Assembly: GCA_038885755.1 (NCBI GenBank)
Contig: JAVZZH010000002.1
Location: 128,001-192,000, forward strand
Direction: 5' to 3'
DNA from: Candidatus Caldarchaeum sp.
GTDB lineage: Archaea > Thermoproteota > Nitrososphaeria_A > Caldarchaeales > Caldarchaeaceae
Length of the DNA stretch: 64,000 nucleotides
The translations under genes and the position numbers were made by a program. The notes beneath the pieces were generated by a model that had not been told where the DNA came from, did no database searches, and saw only the letters and a program-made list of their open reading frames with translations. Below, one piece after another: positions 47,002 to 57,235 of this stretch; within the stretch, counting starts at the first letter, position 1, and every line of letters starts with the position of its first letter.

Positions 47002-48532
47002 CCCTGTCGCTGACCGCCTTCTGCACCCACGGAGGCGTCCAAAGCGCCATGGTCCGGACGTATCCGGGTTTGAGAGACCTCCTCACGGTCTCTAAGCTGC
47101 CTGCTCTAGCGTAGCCCTCCACGACGTCCGCCGCCAGCAAGCCTGCCTCCTCAGCGTCCAAGTAGTGGCCGGGGTAGAAGACGAGCTCCATTAAATCCCA
47201 AGCCGGGTCTCCGTCCGTGGAAGCCTGCTCGACATCCGTGACGAAAATCTCTCCCTCACTGGATTTTATGAACGACTCTGGCTTGCAGTCGCCCAGCCTC
47301 ACGCCTCTGCCGTGGATCTGGGCGAGGGTTTCGCCGACCTGCCTTGCGAAGAACCTCCGGTCCGGGCTTTTGCTGAGCCAAGCCGCGATGAGGTTCTGGC
47401 CTTCTACGTATGAAGTGTATAGGATTTTGCCGTTCCAGTTGACGTGGATTATCTCGGGAGTTCTGAACCCTAGGTTGCGTAGGTGGTTGAGGTAGTAGAT
47501 TTCCTTGGCCATGCGCGTGGAGGGGTTTATCGAGAAGTCTTTGACCCAGGCCGTCCAAAGCCTAGCGGCGACCCATTTCACGTCTGTCCAGCTCAGGTAG
47601 CGTTTGGCGAAGAGCTTGACGGAGTCGGCCTCTATGACGTAGGTGGAGTTGAAAAGTCCTCCAACCCGCCTAACCTTGGCCTCGACACCTCCATAAAACT
47701 CCCTCACAAAATCCAGCATGTCGAGCTGTTTCGACAGCGGCTGAAGCCCACGGGCCGTGGCTAGGTAGACGTACTGCTCAGGGTCGGGTAGGTGATGCGG
47801 ATGTGCTGGAAGACCTACGTCGAAGACGAGGAACGAGAAAGCCTTCGAGAGTTTGAGTATGTTGATCTTCTTCAACTGCTCCAGCCCGGTCAGGATGGGG
47901 ATGGTTCCGAAGTTTCGCACCGCATCCATGCTCAGCGCGTAGTATCCGTTCCTCCTAGCCAAAACGCCCTCGCCCACAAGCTTCTCAGCAGCCTCCTCAA
48001 ACCCCCTAACAGCATCGGTGCAGTTTCCGAGGACTTCGACGAGCTCGGCTCTCATCAACGGAAACACTTCAACGAGCCTCCTGAGCTTCTCGTACAGGAA
48101 GTACCGGACGTCGATTAAAAAGTTGGCGGCAGCAAGCTTATGCTCAGAGACGAGGTCTTTCAGCAGCTGCGTGATGACCTCCTTCTTGTAGGTTATTTCG
48201 AGGCTTCGGAGGAAGCTCTCTCCCCGGATGGGCTGGTACGGGGTTAGGAGCCTGTGGGCCAGCGTCTCTGCGTACGCTGCTTTGAGCACGTCGTCCTCGA
48301 AGGCTTTGGCGTCAACCATGTAGACCCTGTGGCCGTTGCTCCGCAGCACCCTGACACCCTGCCTAAGCCTTCTGAGAACCACGTGGAGCTCGGAGGTCTT
48401 CCCTAAATGGATGTAGAAGGCGGCCTCAACACCTTCAGCGGCTCCTCGGCCGGTCAAAACATCGTCAAGCCTTGGCAGCGACACCGCCTCTCGATACAGC
48501 AAGCCGTGGAAAAAGTGTTTCTCCCACGCCAA
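46979..48532 (-). CDS. Atypical protein-kinase-fold (Bud32/Kdo/APH-like) protein with a large N-terminal domain
   Basis: LFAKRY, R..KE, G..TPEI, LA.IH..G..LGDCKPES, TDVEQA and WDL. Confidence 0.7.
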   Translation of the reverse strand: MAWEKHFFHGLLYREAVSLPRLDDVLTGRGAAEGVEAAFYIHLGKTSELHVVLRRLRQGVRVLRSNGHRVYMVDAKAFEDDVLKAAYAETLAHRLLTPYQPIRGESFLRSLEITYKKEVITQLLKDLVSEHKLAAANFLIDVRYFLYEKLRRLVEVFPLMRAELVEVLGNCTDAVRGFEEAAEKLVGEGVLARRNGYYALSMDAVRNFGTIPILTGLEQLKKINILKLSKAFSFLVFDVGLPAHPHHLPDPEQYVYLATARGLQPLSKQLDMLDFVREFYGGVEAKVRRVGGLFNSTYVIEADSVKLFAKRYLSWTDVKWVAARLWTAWVKDFSINPSTRMAKEIYYLNHLRNLGFRTPEIIHVNWNGKILYTSYVEGQNLIAAWLSKSPDRRFFARQVGETLAQIHGRGVRLGDCKPESFIKSSEGEIFVTDVEQASTDGDPAWDLMELVFYPGHYLDAEEAGLLAADVVEGYARAGSLETVRRSLKPGYVRTMALWTPPWVQKAVSDRVKLFLRA

Positions 48533-48568
48533 TACATTAAATTATCGCCCGTGAAATGTTGAAACAGT

Positions 48569-49903
48569 TTGAAGCCGGACGCCAGACTTCACACAAGGCT
48601 TGTTAGGCTTGCCCTGAGGCTAGGGGCTACGGACGCCGCCTTGTCGACTTACGAGACTTCCCGACAAATGATAAGGTTCGCGAACAACCGGATAACGGTT
48701 TCTAAGAGCGGGCTGGTCGAGACCGCTGAGATATACGTCAGCGTGAAAGGCAGGAGGGCGGTGCGTTCGACGACGGAGGTTTCGGAGAAGGCGTTGACGG
48801 AGATGGTTAAGCAGGCTGTCGCGACCGCTAAGGCTTCGCCCGAGCCTGATGTCTACGCACCTCTCCCCGAAGGGCCTTTCAAGTACGACAGGAGGCTTCT
48901 CAAGCCTTCGGCTGAGGCTCTGGCTCCCGAGAAGCTTGTCGAGTTTGTCGAGGCGGCTGTCAACGGTGGGCTTGAGAACGGCTGTCAACGGGTCGCCGGC
49001 AGCCTTGTCTACAGCCGCGGGAGAGTTAGGCTGACTACGAGCGGCGGGGTTGAGGCTGTGGCCTCGAGCACGGGACTGGAGGTTTCGGTGAGAGTTTTTG
49101 CAGCGGACGACGCCACGGGCCACTTCGTCTCGGTGGCGGCTGACAGCAGGGATTTCAAGCCGTACGAGGCGGGCTTGAGGGCGGGTGAGGTTGCGAAGAT
49201 GGCTCTCAACCCGGTTGAAGGCGAGGCGGGTGTTTACGAGGGGCTGCTTGGCCCGATGACCTTCGCCCACATCCTCGAGCAGGTTGGCACGTGGGCCTCG
49301 GCGTTCTACGTAGACGGAGAGATGTCCTTCCTCACAGGCTTGCTGGGCCAGAAAGCTGCCTCAGACATTTTGAGCCTGTGGGACGACCCTACGCTCGCGG
49401 GCAGCTATGGAGCAACGCCCTTCGACGCCGAAGGAGTTCCGACGAAGCGGAACACCATAATCGAGGACGGTGTTCTCAAGACCTATCTGCACAACAGCAC
49501 GACGGCGAAAAAGTTCAACACGTCAACCACCGCAAACGCAGGCCTCATAACCCCCCATCCGTTCAACCTCGTCTGCAAGACAGGAGACAAGCCGCTCGAC
49601 AAACTCGTCTCATCAATCGACAACGGTATATGGATAACCAACGACTGGTACCTCAGGTATCAAAACTACAGGACTGGAGAGTTTTCGACGATACCGAGGG
49701 ATGGGCTGTTCCTAGTCAGGAACGGGGGTGTTGAGGGGTCTTTGAAGGGCTTGAGGCTCAGCGACAACATCCTCAGCATCTTGAGAGGTGTTAGGGCCTT
49801 GGGGCGCGAAGGCTATTGGATTAAGTGGTGGGAGGTCGAGGTTCCTACATACTCTCCCGCAGCAGTGGTTGAGAAGCTCAACTTCACCAAGTCAGCGTTC
49901 TAA
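48569..49903 (+). CDS. TldD/PmbA family protein (PmbA/TldE-like)
   Basis: IRFANN, DDPT....G..PFDAEGVPT, GVLKTYLHN and G.FSTIPRDG. Confidence 0.88.
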   Translation: MKPDARLHTRLVRLALRLGATDAALSTYETSRQMIRFANNRITVSKSGLVETAEIYVSVKGRRAVRSTTEVSEKALTEMVKQAVATAKASPEPDVYAPLPEGPFKYDRRLLKPSAEALAPEKLVEFVEAAVNGGLENGCQRVAGSLVYSRGRVRLTTSGGVEAVASSTGLEVSVRVFAADDATGHFVSVAADSRDFKPYEAGLRAGEVAKMALNPVEGEAGVYEGLLGPMTFAHILEQVGTWASAFYVDGEMSFLTGLLGQKAASDILSLWDDPTLAGSYGATPFDAEGVPTKRNTIIEDGVLKTYLHNSTTAKKFNTSTTANAGLITPHPFNLVCKTGDKPLDKLVSSIDNGIWITNDWYLRYQNYRTGEFSTIPRDGLFLVRNGGVEGSLKGLRLSDNILSILRGVRALGREGYWIKWWEVEVPTYSPAAVVEKLNFTKSAF

Positions 49904-50133
49904 ACCCCAATCCTCCCCACAGCCCTTCACGTTCTCTCTAGAAAACCCCACGTCGATGACGGCTGGCAAAAGCTAGCTGTCAACACCGACGTACACAATC
50001 ATCTCATCGCGTCTAAAGCTGAAGACACCTATCTTCAAGACCTTTAGCCGTGTTTGCCTGTTCGAGAACAACCGAGGCCGTTGACTCCTTCAACCTCGCA
50101 TGCAGAAGCGGTGTTTTCCCGACCCGCTTACCC

Positions 50134-51492
50134 TTAACTCGTCTGGATTCTAATTTTGTTGATTAGGTAGGTTGTTTTTTCCTCAGCGGCTTCTATGTAC
50201 TGGTTTGTCGGGTCTTGGATGATGGATGGGTCTCTCCCCCGTTGCTTCAGTTGTTGACGGAGCCATTCGAGGCCTTTCTCCGCCGCTTCCGCAGCCAGTC
50301 TGTAGCCGTCCTCTACGCCGTGTTTTCGCAGCGTTAGCTGGATGGCTTCCAGCGATGCCTGCTTGTTTGCTTCTACTTCTTTCCTCATGGCTGCGGCGTC
50401 GACGTACAGCTCTTCAAGGCCTTTGTGTGTGTTTTTTACGCCGAGGAGGCTGAGAGCCAGCGCTGCTCCGTAGAACCTCTTTATTATCGAGTCGGAGAGG
50501 TCTCGGTGGAGTCTCGAGGACAGAAGCCTTGTGGACATGTAGTTTAGCATGGCCGTTGAGAGGTCGAGCGCTCCCTCAGCGTTCTCGAGCGTGAGCGGGT
50601 TTCTTTTCTGCGGCATGGTTGACGAATGTATTTGTTCGACGTGTTTGGAGAAGGCGAGGAGGCCTAGGCTTCCGAGCATCCAGAGGTCTCTGCAGAGGTT
50701 TGAGATTATCGAGCTCGTAAGCGCCACGGTGCCGAGTATCTCGGACATCCTCTCGTGAGGCAGTGTCTGTGTTGGGGCGGGGTTGTGTTCAAGGCCTAGG
50801 CTGTTGATGAATTCCTCCGAAAAACTCGTCCAGTCGACTTCCGGGTATGTGGTCTTCAAGGCTGAGAGGTCTCCGACAGCTCCGCCGAGCTTGGCCTGAG
50901 GTTTGAGGTTCTTGAGCTTTTTTGTCAGGGAGGCGAGCCTGTAGGCGTAGTTGGCCAAGTAGCTTCCGAAGGTTGTTGGAACGGCTGGCTGGCCGTGTGT
51001 TCTGGCGAGGAAGGGCGTCGACTTGTGTGTCTCCGCTAGGGTTGTTAGTTTCTCCACGAGCTTCAGCAGTTCTGGGATGTATGTTTGAGCGATGAAGCTG
51101 CCTACTGCGAGCGAGTATGCGATGTTGTTCACGTCTTCCGATGTTAGGCCGAAGTGTATGAACGGCTTCAACTCGGCAAGCCCAAGCTGTTCAAGCTTTT
51201 TCTCAAGGTATGCAGCAGCTGCCACAACGTCGTGGCCGAGCCTCTTCTCGAGATGCTTGACCTCCGCCGCCTCCTCCAACGATAGCCCCTGTACGTCATG
51301 CTCCAGCCGCTCCAGACCGGACAACACTCCTCTCCAACCCACCGCTTTGAGGAAAGACCGCAGATACCTCACCTCAACATACAGCCTGTTTCTGATGAGG
51401 GCGTATTCGCTGAAGTAGCTGCTGCACTCGCCTACAATCTCCCTGTAGCGTCCGTCTATCGGGGTTAACGCTTCAAGCGGGTCAAAACCCAT
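50134..51492 (-). CDS. purB: Adenylosuccinate lyase
   Basis: ALTPIDGRY, HDV, HFGLTSEDVNN, RTHGQPA.PTT and SSTMPQKRNP. Confidence 0.93.
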   Translation of the reverse strand: MGFDPLEALTPIDGRYREIVGECSSYFSEYALIRNRLYVEVRYLRSFLKAVGWRGVLSGLERLEHDVQGLSLEEAAEVKHLEKRLGHDVVAAAAYLEKKLEQLGLAELKPFIHFGLTSEDVNNIAYSLAVGSFIAQTYIPELLKLVEKLTTLAETHKSTPFLARTHGQPAVPTTFGSYLANYAYRLASLTKKLKNLKPQAKLGGAVGDLSALKTTYPEVDWTSFSEEFINSLGLEHNPAPTQTLPHERMSEILGTVALTSSIISNLCRDLWMLGSLGLLAFSKHVEQIHSSTMPQKRNPLTLENAEGALDLSTAMLNYMSTRLLSSRLHRDLSDSIIKRFYGAALALSLLGVKNTHKGLEELYVDAAAMRKEVEANKQASLEAIQLTLRKHGVEDGYRLAAEAAEKGLEWLRQQLKQRGRDPSIIQDPTNQYIEAAEEKTTYLINKIRIQTS

Positions 51493-51498
51493 CCATCT

Positions 51499-52746
51499 TC
51501 AACCCCTTACTACAACCATGCTGTTTTCCTCGCCAACCGATGCAAGGGATATCTTCACCGAAAGCGTCTTCTCCAGCCAGCCGAGGTATTCTCGGACGGG
51601 AGAAGGAAGCTCCTCCCATCCTTTCCTGACAGCCTCAACCCAGCCGTCTCTACCCACGCTCCAGCCCTTGAACTCGGCGTACACAGGCTCCACCCTGTTT
51701 AGAAGATGCTTGGACTCTGCGAAGCTCTCGCTCTCCACGCCGTCGACCCTGTATCCTACGCAGGCCTTGACCGTTGGAAGACCGTCTAGAACGTCCAGTT
51801 TGGTCACGGCTATTTCGGAGACGTCGTTCAGCATGCATGCATACTTGAGAGCCGGGATGTCGAGCCAGCCGACTCTGCGTGGCCTTCCAGTCGTCGTCCC
51901 GTACTCGCCGCCAGCCTCCCGTATCCACTCTGCCAGCTCGCCAATGATCTCGCTGGGGAACGGGCCTGCGCCAACCCTTGTCGTATAAGCCTTGATCACG
52001 CCTATTATCTTTCCGACTCTTGAGAGCGGGATTCCGGAGCTCACGCAGCCGGCTGCCGCAACCGTGTTCGAAGACGTGACATATGGGTAGGTGCCGTGGT
52101 CGATGTCGAGCAGCACTCCCTGAGCACCCTCAAGCACAACCCTTCCGCCTGAAGCGACGACTTCGTTGAGGTATGTCTCCGCGTCTCCCACGTAAGGCAA
52201 TAGTCTTTCCCGTAGGCGTGCAGCATCAACCTCGACCTCAACTCTATGGAGTTGTTTGAGGAACTGGAGCTTGCGAGCCAGCAGCTCTTCATCCATCACG
52301 TCGCCGGCCCTAACCCCCACCCTCAGCATCTTGTCGGCGTAGGCCGGGCCTATGCCGCGGAGGGTTGTGCCGATGGCTGCGCCTCCCCTGTTTTCCTCCA
52401 AGCGTTTGTCGAGCTCTCTGTGGATGGGTAGGATGATTTGGCACGCCCGGCTGACCAGCGGCTTTGCGGAGTGGCCGAGCTGGTTGAGCAGCTTTGTCTC
52501 CCTCTCGAAGGCGTCTGGGTCGAGGACGCAGCCCGCCGATACGACGGGTTTAGCTCCAGCCAGACATCCTGCGGGAAGCATGTTGAACTTGTATCGCTGT
52601 CCTCCGACCACTACGGTGTGCCCGGCGTTCGCCCCTCCCTGAAACCTGACGACGGCGTCAGCCCCCTTCGATAAAATGTGCGAAACCTTTCCCTTGCCCT
52701 CGTCGCCCCACTGGAGGCCTATGATAATGTCCGCCCTGCCGGTCAT
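51499..52746 (-). CDS. purA: Adenylosuccinate synthetase
   Basis: QWGDEGKGK, GGANAGHT, IGTT.RGIGP.Y.DK, EGAQG and EYGTTTGRPRRVGW. Confidence 0.96.
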   Translation of the reverse strand: MTGRADIIIGLQWGDEGKGKVSHILSKGADAVVRFQGGANAGHTVVVGGQRYKFNMLPAGCLAGAKPVVSAGCVLDPDAFERETKLLNQLGHSAKPLVSRACQIILPIHRELDKRLEENRGGAAIGTTLRGIGPAYADKMLRVGVRAGDVMDEELLARKLQFLKQLHRVEVEVDAARLRERLLPYVGDAETYLNEVVASGGRVVLEGAQGVLLDIDHGTYPYVTSSNTVAAAGCVSSGIPLSRVGKIIGVIKAYTTRVGAGPFPSEIIGELAEWIREAGGEYGTTTGRPRRVGWLDIPALKYACMLNDVSEIAVTKLDVLDGLPTVKACVGYRVDGVESESFAESKHLLNRVEPVYAEFKGWSVGRDGWVEAVRKGWEELPSPVREYLGWLEKTLSVKISLASVGEENSMVVVRG

Positions 52747-54194
52747 ATTGCTTCGACGTCGTGCGGCAGGCTTTCCCTGAGGCCTGCCTCGGTCATGCGG
52801 ATGAAGACGGCGTTGCGTTGAAGCTCCTTGATGCTGTAGGCTCCTAGATAGCTTAGGCCTGACCTGAGGCCTGCGACGAGCTGGCGTATGACGTCTGAGG
52901 CGGACCCTTTGTAGGGAACGTAGGCTTCCACGCCTTCCGCCATGAAGCTGTAATCTGACGCGTCTTGAAGTATGTCGTCCTCTCCAGCACGGCTGTCTTT
53001 CGCAAGCATGGCGTAGAAAGAAGCCATCCCACGGTAAATCTTCATCTTCCGGCCGTTTCTGACAACCACCGCTCCCGGGCTCTCGTCCGTTCCAGCCAAC
53101 AACCTCCCAATCATCACCGTAGAAGCCCCTGCAGCCAAAGCCTTCACCACGTCGGCGCTAGACCTAATTCCTCCGTCCGCTATCACGGGAACACCCATGG
53201 CTTCAGCGGCCTCGGCACAGTCCATCACAGCCGTGAGCTGCGGAACGCCGACCCCTGCGACGATGCGTGTAGTGCAGACCGAGCCGGGCCCGACCCCGAC
53301 TTTCACCGCTGAAGCCCCTGCAGCCGCCAAGTCCTCAACTCCTTCAGCCGTGGCGACGTTGCCCGCAACCACCTCAACGTCACCGCCTAAGGACTGGTGG
53401 ATTTTTCGGAGAGTTCGTATGACCATCTCGGTGTGGCCGTGGGCCACGTCTATAACCAGAACATCGGCTCCAGCCGCCGTGAGCGCTTCAGCCCTGTCCA
53501 CAGCATCCTCCTTCACTCCGACGGCCGCGGCGACCATCAACCTTCCCTTCGAATCCCTTGACGCATGCGGGTACATCAGCTTCTTCACGATGTCGGCGCT
53601 CGTCACGAGGCCTTTGACATGGTTTTCGGAATCGACCAGTGGAAGCTTCTCAACCTTATGCCTCATGAAGATCTGCTTGGCTTCTTCGAGCGTTATGTCC
53701 GGCCTAGCTGTTACGACTCTGTCGGCGGGCGTCATGCATTCAGCCACCTTTGCTTCCCTAGGCCTGAACAGGAGGTCTCGCCTCGTCAGCATTCCAAGAA
53801 GCTTCCTCGACTGGTTGACGACTATCAAGCCGCTGACGTTCCTGAGCCTCATCAGCTCCTCGGCCTCGGCGACGGTTGCTTCAGGCCCTATCGTGTAGGG
53901 CTCTTCTATGGCTATGTTCTCGGCACGCTTGACGGCTTTGACCAGCTGAACCTGCTGCTCCACCGTGTTGAACCGGTGTAATACGCCTATCCCGCCCTCA
54001 CGAGCCATCGCAATAGCCATCTCAGCCTCCGTCACCGTGTCCATCGCAGCCGAAACAACAGGAATCTCGAGCTCGATCCTCTTCGTGAAAAACGTCCTCG
54101 TAGAAACCTCTCTGCGGGAGCGTATCGCAGACCTTTTAGGGACGAGCAGAACATCGTCGAAGGTCAAACCCACACGGTCCAATACCTTGGGCAA
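52743..54194 (-). CDS. guaB: IMP dehydrogenase with a CBS pair
   Basis: [38 protein letters not shown] and YRGMAS. Confidence 0.96.
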   Translation of the reverse strand: MPKVLDRVGLTFDDVLLVPKRSAIRSRREVSTRTFFTKRIELEIPVVSAAMDTVTEAEMAIAMAREGGIGVLHRFNTVEQQVQLVKAVKRAENIAIEEPYTIGPEATVAEAEELMRLRNVSGLIVVNQSRKLLGMLTRRDLLFRPREAKVAECMTPADRVVTARPDITLEEAKQIFMRHKVEKLPLVDSENHVKGLVTSADIVKKLMYPHASRDSKGRLMVAAAVGVKEDAVDRAEALTAAGADVLVIDVAHGHTEMVIRTLRKIHQSLGGDVEVVAGNVATAEGVEDLAAAGASAVKVGVGPGSVCTTRIVAGVGVPQLTAVMDCAEAAEAMGVPVIADGGIRSSADVVKALAAGASTVMIGRLLAGTDESPGAVVVRNGRKMKIYRGMASFYAMLAKDSRAGEDDILQDASDYSFMAEGVEAYVPYKGSASDVIRQLVAGLRSGLSYLGAYSIKELQRNAVFIRMTEAGLRESLPHDVEAI

Positions 54195-54311
54195 AAAATC
54201 CCAATTGGTAATGAAGATTATTATTTCTTATTAAACATTTCGAGACAGGCTTGCGGCATGATAAAACTTAAAGCCCGAGCGCCGTCTTTATATTGCTGGG
54301 GTTAGCCGAGA

Positions 54312-54440
54312 ATGTCTAAGGGGCCTTTCAAGTGTCCCTACTGCGATTCCGTCTTCAAGACCGAGGCGGAGCTTTCCAAGCACATAGACCGGATACACAT
54401 AGGGAGCGGCTTGCTGGAAGGCGACAGGACGAAGTGGTGA
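54312..54440 (+). CDS. Stand-alone C2H2 zinc-finger microprotein (42 aa; not in the ORF track)
   Basis: MSKGPFKCPYCDSVFKTEAELSKHIDRIHIGSGLLEGDRTKW* fits F-x-C-x2-C-x3-F-x5-L-x2-H-x4-H. AT-rich promoter upstream; ends 4 nt before the next ATG. Confidence 0.85.
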   Translation: MSKGPFKCPYCDSVFKTEAELSKHIDRIHIGSGLLEGDRTKW

Positions 54441-54444
54441 TCGG

Positions 54445-55791
54445 ATGGAGAGGTACGTCGAGCTCTTCGATTACATCGAGAGGAATAAGTCTAAGTATCT
54501 TGACTGGGCCGCTCAGCTGATAAGCCATCCAAGCGTCTCAGCCCACCGGAGCGGGTTGAAGGAATGCGCTGAAGCCGTCGCCGGGCTCATGGATGATGCA
54601 GGGCTGAGGCCAAGCGTTCACGAGCTTGAGAACAGCGGCCCCGTCGTTCTCGGCACCCTGAACTCCGAAGCCCATGCAACGCTGCTTCTCTATAACCACT
54701 ACGACGTCCAGCCGGCCGACCCTGTTGAAAAATGGACTACTCCACCTTTCTCCCCAACAGTCAGGAACGGTAAGCTGTACGGCCGCGGGTCCGCAGACAA
54801 CAAGGGAAACATAGCTGCGAGGCTTGCGGCCGTCGACGCCTTGCTCGGCGTCTTGGGAGAAGTGCCCGTGAACCTGAAGATGCTTGTGGAGGGCGGTGAG
54901 GAGGTGGGGAGCCCGGGTCTCGAGGACTTTGTCGCTAGGGAGAGGGACAGGCTGTTCGCCGACGGCTGCGTCTGGGAGTACGGCTACAGGAACAAGAGAG
55001 GAGCTCCCGTCGTCTACTTAGGGGTGAAGGGTATGCTGTACGTCGAGCTGGAGGCTGCGGGAAGCGGTAAAGAGGTTCACTCGTCGTGGGGAGCTGTGGT
55101 GGAAAACCCTGCATGGAGGCTCGTCCAAGCACTAAACACGGTCAGGGCGCCCGACGGCACGGTGCTCATCGAAGGCTTCTACCAAGACGTCGACTACAGC
55201 GGCGAGGAGCTGCTAAACAACCTCAGCCTAGAAGACTTCGACCCACCCAGCAGCCTCCTCCAGCGGAAGGAGGGAAAGCTCTTGAAAACACTCCTCCTAG
55301 AGCCTACGGTCAACATAAACGGGCTGTCGTCAGGCTATCAGGGCCCTGGAAGCAAGACTATAATCCCCGCCACGGCGTCTGCGAAGCTCGACTTCAGGCT
55401 CGTTCCCAGGCAGGACCCGGTTGTGGTCAGCCGACGTCTCGTTGAACACTTGCGCAGGAACGGCTATGGAGACCTGAGGATAAAGGTGCTGCAGTCGTAT
55501 CCAGCGGCTAGGACAAGCCCCGACAGCTTCATGGCTAGGCTCGTCGCAGACACGGCCCGTGATGCTTACGGCGTCGATCCCGTTGTGATACCTTCAGGCG
55601 CTGCGTCGGGCCCGATGTACGTCGTGACAGACGTCTTGGGCATACCTTGCGTGTCGACGGGAGTAGGGTACCACGGCTCGTCTGTCCACGGCCCCGACGA
55701 AAACATCCGAGTCGACGACTTTGTCGCAGGCGTCAAGCACATGGCGCTAGTGATGCTCAGCTTCCACCGCTACCTGCATCTAAGCGAGTAG
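54445..55791 (+). CDS. M20/M25/M40 family metallopeptidase (dipeptidase-like)
   Basis: YNHYDVQP, YGRGSADNKG, EGGEEVGS, HSS and HGPDEN. Confidence 0.9.
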   Translation: MERYVELFDYIERNKSKYLDWAAQLISHPSVSAHRSGLKECAEAVAGLMDDAGLRPSVHELENSGPVVLGTLNSEAHATLLLYNHYDVQPADPVEKWTTPPFSPTVRNGKLYGRGSADNKGNIAARLAAVDALLGVLGEVPVNLKMLVEGGEEVGSPGLEDFVARERDRLFADGCVWEYGYRNKRGAPVVYLGVKGMLYVELEAAGSGKEVHSSWGAVVENPAWRLVQALNTVRAPDGTVLIEGFYQDVDYSGEELLNNLSLEDFDPPSSLLQRKEGKLLKTLLLEPTVNINGLSSGYQGPGSKTIIPATASAKLDFRLVPRQDPVVVSRRLVEHLRRNGYGDLRIKVLQSYPAARTSPDSFMARLVADTARDAYGVDPVVIPSGAASGPMYVVTDVLGIPCVSTGVGYHGSSVHGPDENIRVDDFVAGVKHMALVMLSFHRYLHLSE

Positions 55792-56904
55792 AAGCTCCAC
55801 AGCCCTTCTGTAAACCTGAGCGGCTTTGACGAGCTCCGAAACAGACACCTTCTCCCCGAAGGTGTGGGCCAGCGAAAGAGGGCCGGGCCCGAGGATTACT
55901 CCCTCAACCTTCCTAACCCGAGCCATTCTGTTCAAGTCGGCCACCGCTCTGAACCCCGTCAAAACCGGCTTGAACCCAGCCTCCCTCACGGCCTTCTTAC
56001 AGGCTTCGACCACACGGCTCCGTTCGTCAACCACATACTCGGGGATGAAAGCCGTCAAGCTGGCTCGGGAGGGGTTCAGCCGTTTCTTGAAAAACTCCAG
56101 AACCCGGTCAGGCCGTTGCCCGACAGTCCTGACGTCTATTGTTATTTTCGCGGTTTCGGGTATCACGTTGGGCTTCAGCCCGCCCATGAACATGGTAGCC
56201 GCAGCCGTCGCCCTGCCGACATAACGGCGCACCGGCCCGAAGCCTTTCTCCATCTCAGCGACCTTCAACACAGCCCTCGCTGCTCTATCAACCGCGTTGA
56301 CTCCTTTCTCGGGCAGGGCTGCATGAGAGGGCTTGCCGTGGAACTCGGCGGTTATCTCGACTCTTCCGCGGCTTGCCACGCATATCTCCATGGACGTCGG
56401 CTCCCCGACGACGACGTAGTCGACTTTCTCCAGCTCTTTCATCGTCGACAGGGTTCCGAGGCCGCCGACCTCCTCATCGGCCACAGCCATCAAAACAACA
56501 CGACCCGACAGCCGCTCAGACCTCGTCAGAGAAGCCAAGGCGGCGAGCATCGAGGCCAAGCACCCCTTCGCGTCAACCGAGCCCCTGCCGCAGAGAAAAC
56601 CATCCCTCACACCCGTCTCGAAAGGATGGAAAGGCCATCTCTCCGGAGAGCCTGCTGGAACCGTGTCGAGATGGGAGTTGAGGACGACGGTTGGGCCGTC
56701 GCCCCAGTCTGCTTCCACGACAGCAGAAGCTCTGGAGGATGAATGGACCACCAGCCGGGCCTTCAGACCCTGCTCCGCAGCCCTCTCAGCGAAAAAGCTG
56801 GCCGCCTCCCTCTCCCTCCCCGGAGGGTTCTCCGTGTTAATCGCCACTAGCTTGGCTCCAAGGCCTTCGATAAAGCCTCTGCACCAAGACTCGGCCACAA
56901 ACAC
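55780..56904 (-). CDS. M20 ArgE/DapE-family deacylase
   Basis: NSHLDTVP, GRGSVDAKG, DEEVGG.G, GEPT, SHA, NVIP and AH..GE. Start is GTG 56904 or 56898; the ORF-track extension overlaps another gene. Confidence 0.88.
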   Translation of the reverse strand: MFVAESWCRGFIEGLGAKLVAINTENPPGREREAASFFAERAAEQGLKARLVVHSSSRASAVVEADWGDGPTVVLNSHLDTVPAGSPERWPFHPFETGVRDGFLCGRGSVDAKGCLASMLAALASLTRSERLSGRVVLMAVADEEVGGLGTLSTMKELEKVDYVVVGEPTSMEICVASRGRVEITAEFHGKPSHAALPEKGVNAVDRAARAVLKVAEMEKGFGPVRRYVGRATAAATMFMGGLKPNVIPETAKITIDVRTVGQRPDRVLEFFKKRLNPSRASLTAFIPEYVVDERSRVVEACKKAVREAGFKPVLTGFRAVADLNRMARVRKVEGVILGPGPLSLAHTFGEKVSVSELVKAAQVYRRAVELLLA

Positions 56905-56924
56905 CGCGGCTGCAGGGGCTGTAA

Positions 56925-57131
56925 TTAAACCTCTATCCTGACGTATCTGCTCGTGGCTGTCGGCTTCTTCTTCCTCGGGCTGTTCCTGAGGAGGATGCCG
57001 CAGTAGGGGCATCGGACTCCGTCGGTAAGGTGGTAGACCCTGCAGCGGGAGCAGTACTTGTAGCCGTTGGCGTAGCTTCTGCGAGCCGAAGTCTTCTGAA
57101 CGACGAGGGTTTTCTGCACCATTTTCACCAT
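56925..57131 (-). CDS. Small basic zinc-ribbon protein
   Basis: Y..GYKYCSRC.......RCPYCG..LRNSPR; TATA-rich region upstream. Confidence 0.7.
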   Translation of the reverse strand: MVKMVQKTLVVQKTSARRSYANGYKYCSRCRVYHLTDGVRCPYCGILLRNSPRKKKPTATSRYVRIEV

Positions 57132-57235
57132 TTTCCAACCTCCAGTTTTACATTTAATAGTTCCGTAAGTTGTTTATATATATTAAAGCTTGGACTTGGA
57201 ATCATATATAAATTTTAGACAGTATTTGATAAACC

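Noticed and set aside
49904-50133. Possible gene or RNA between pmbA and purB
   Set aside because: Only short interrupted frames with no recognisable motif or structure.
56905-57138. N-terminal extension of the M20 ORF (452 aa)
   Set aside because: It is a shadow of the Zn-ribbon gene in another frame; homology starts near 56904.
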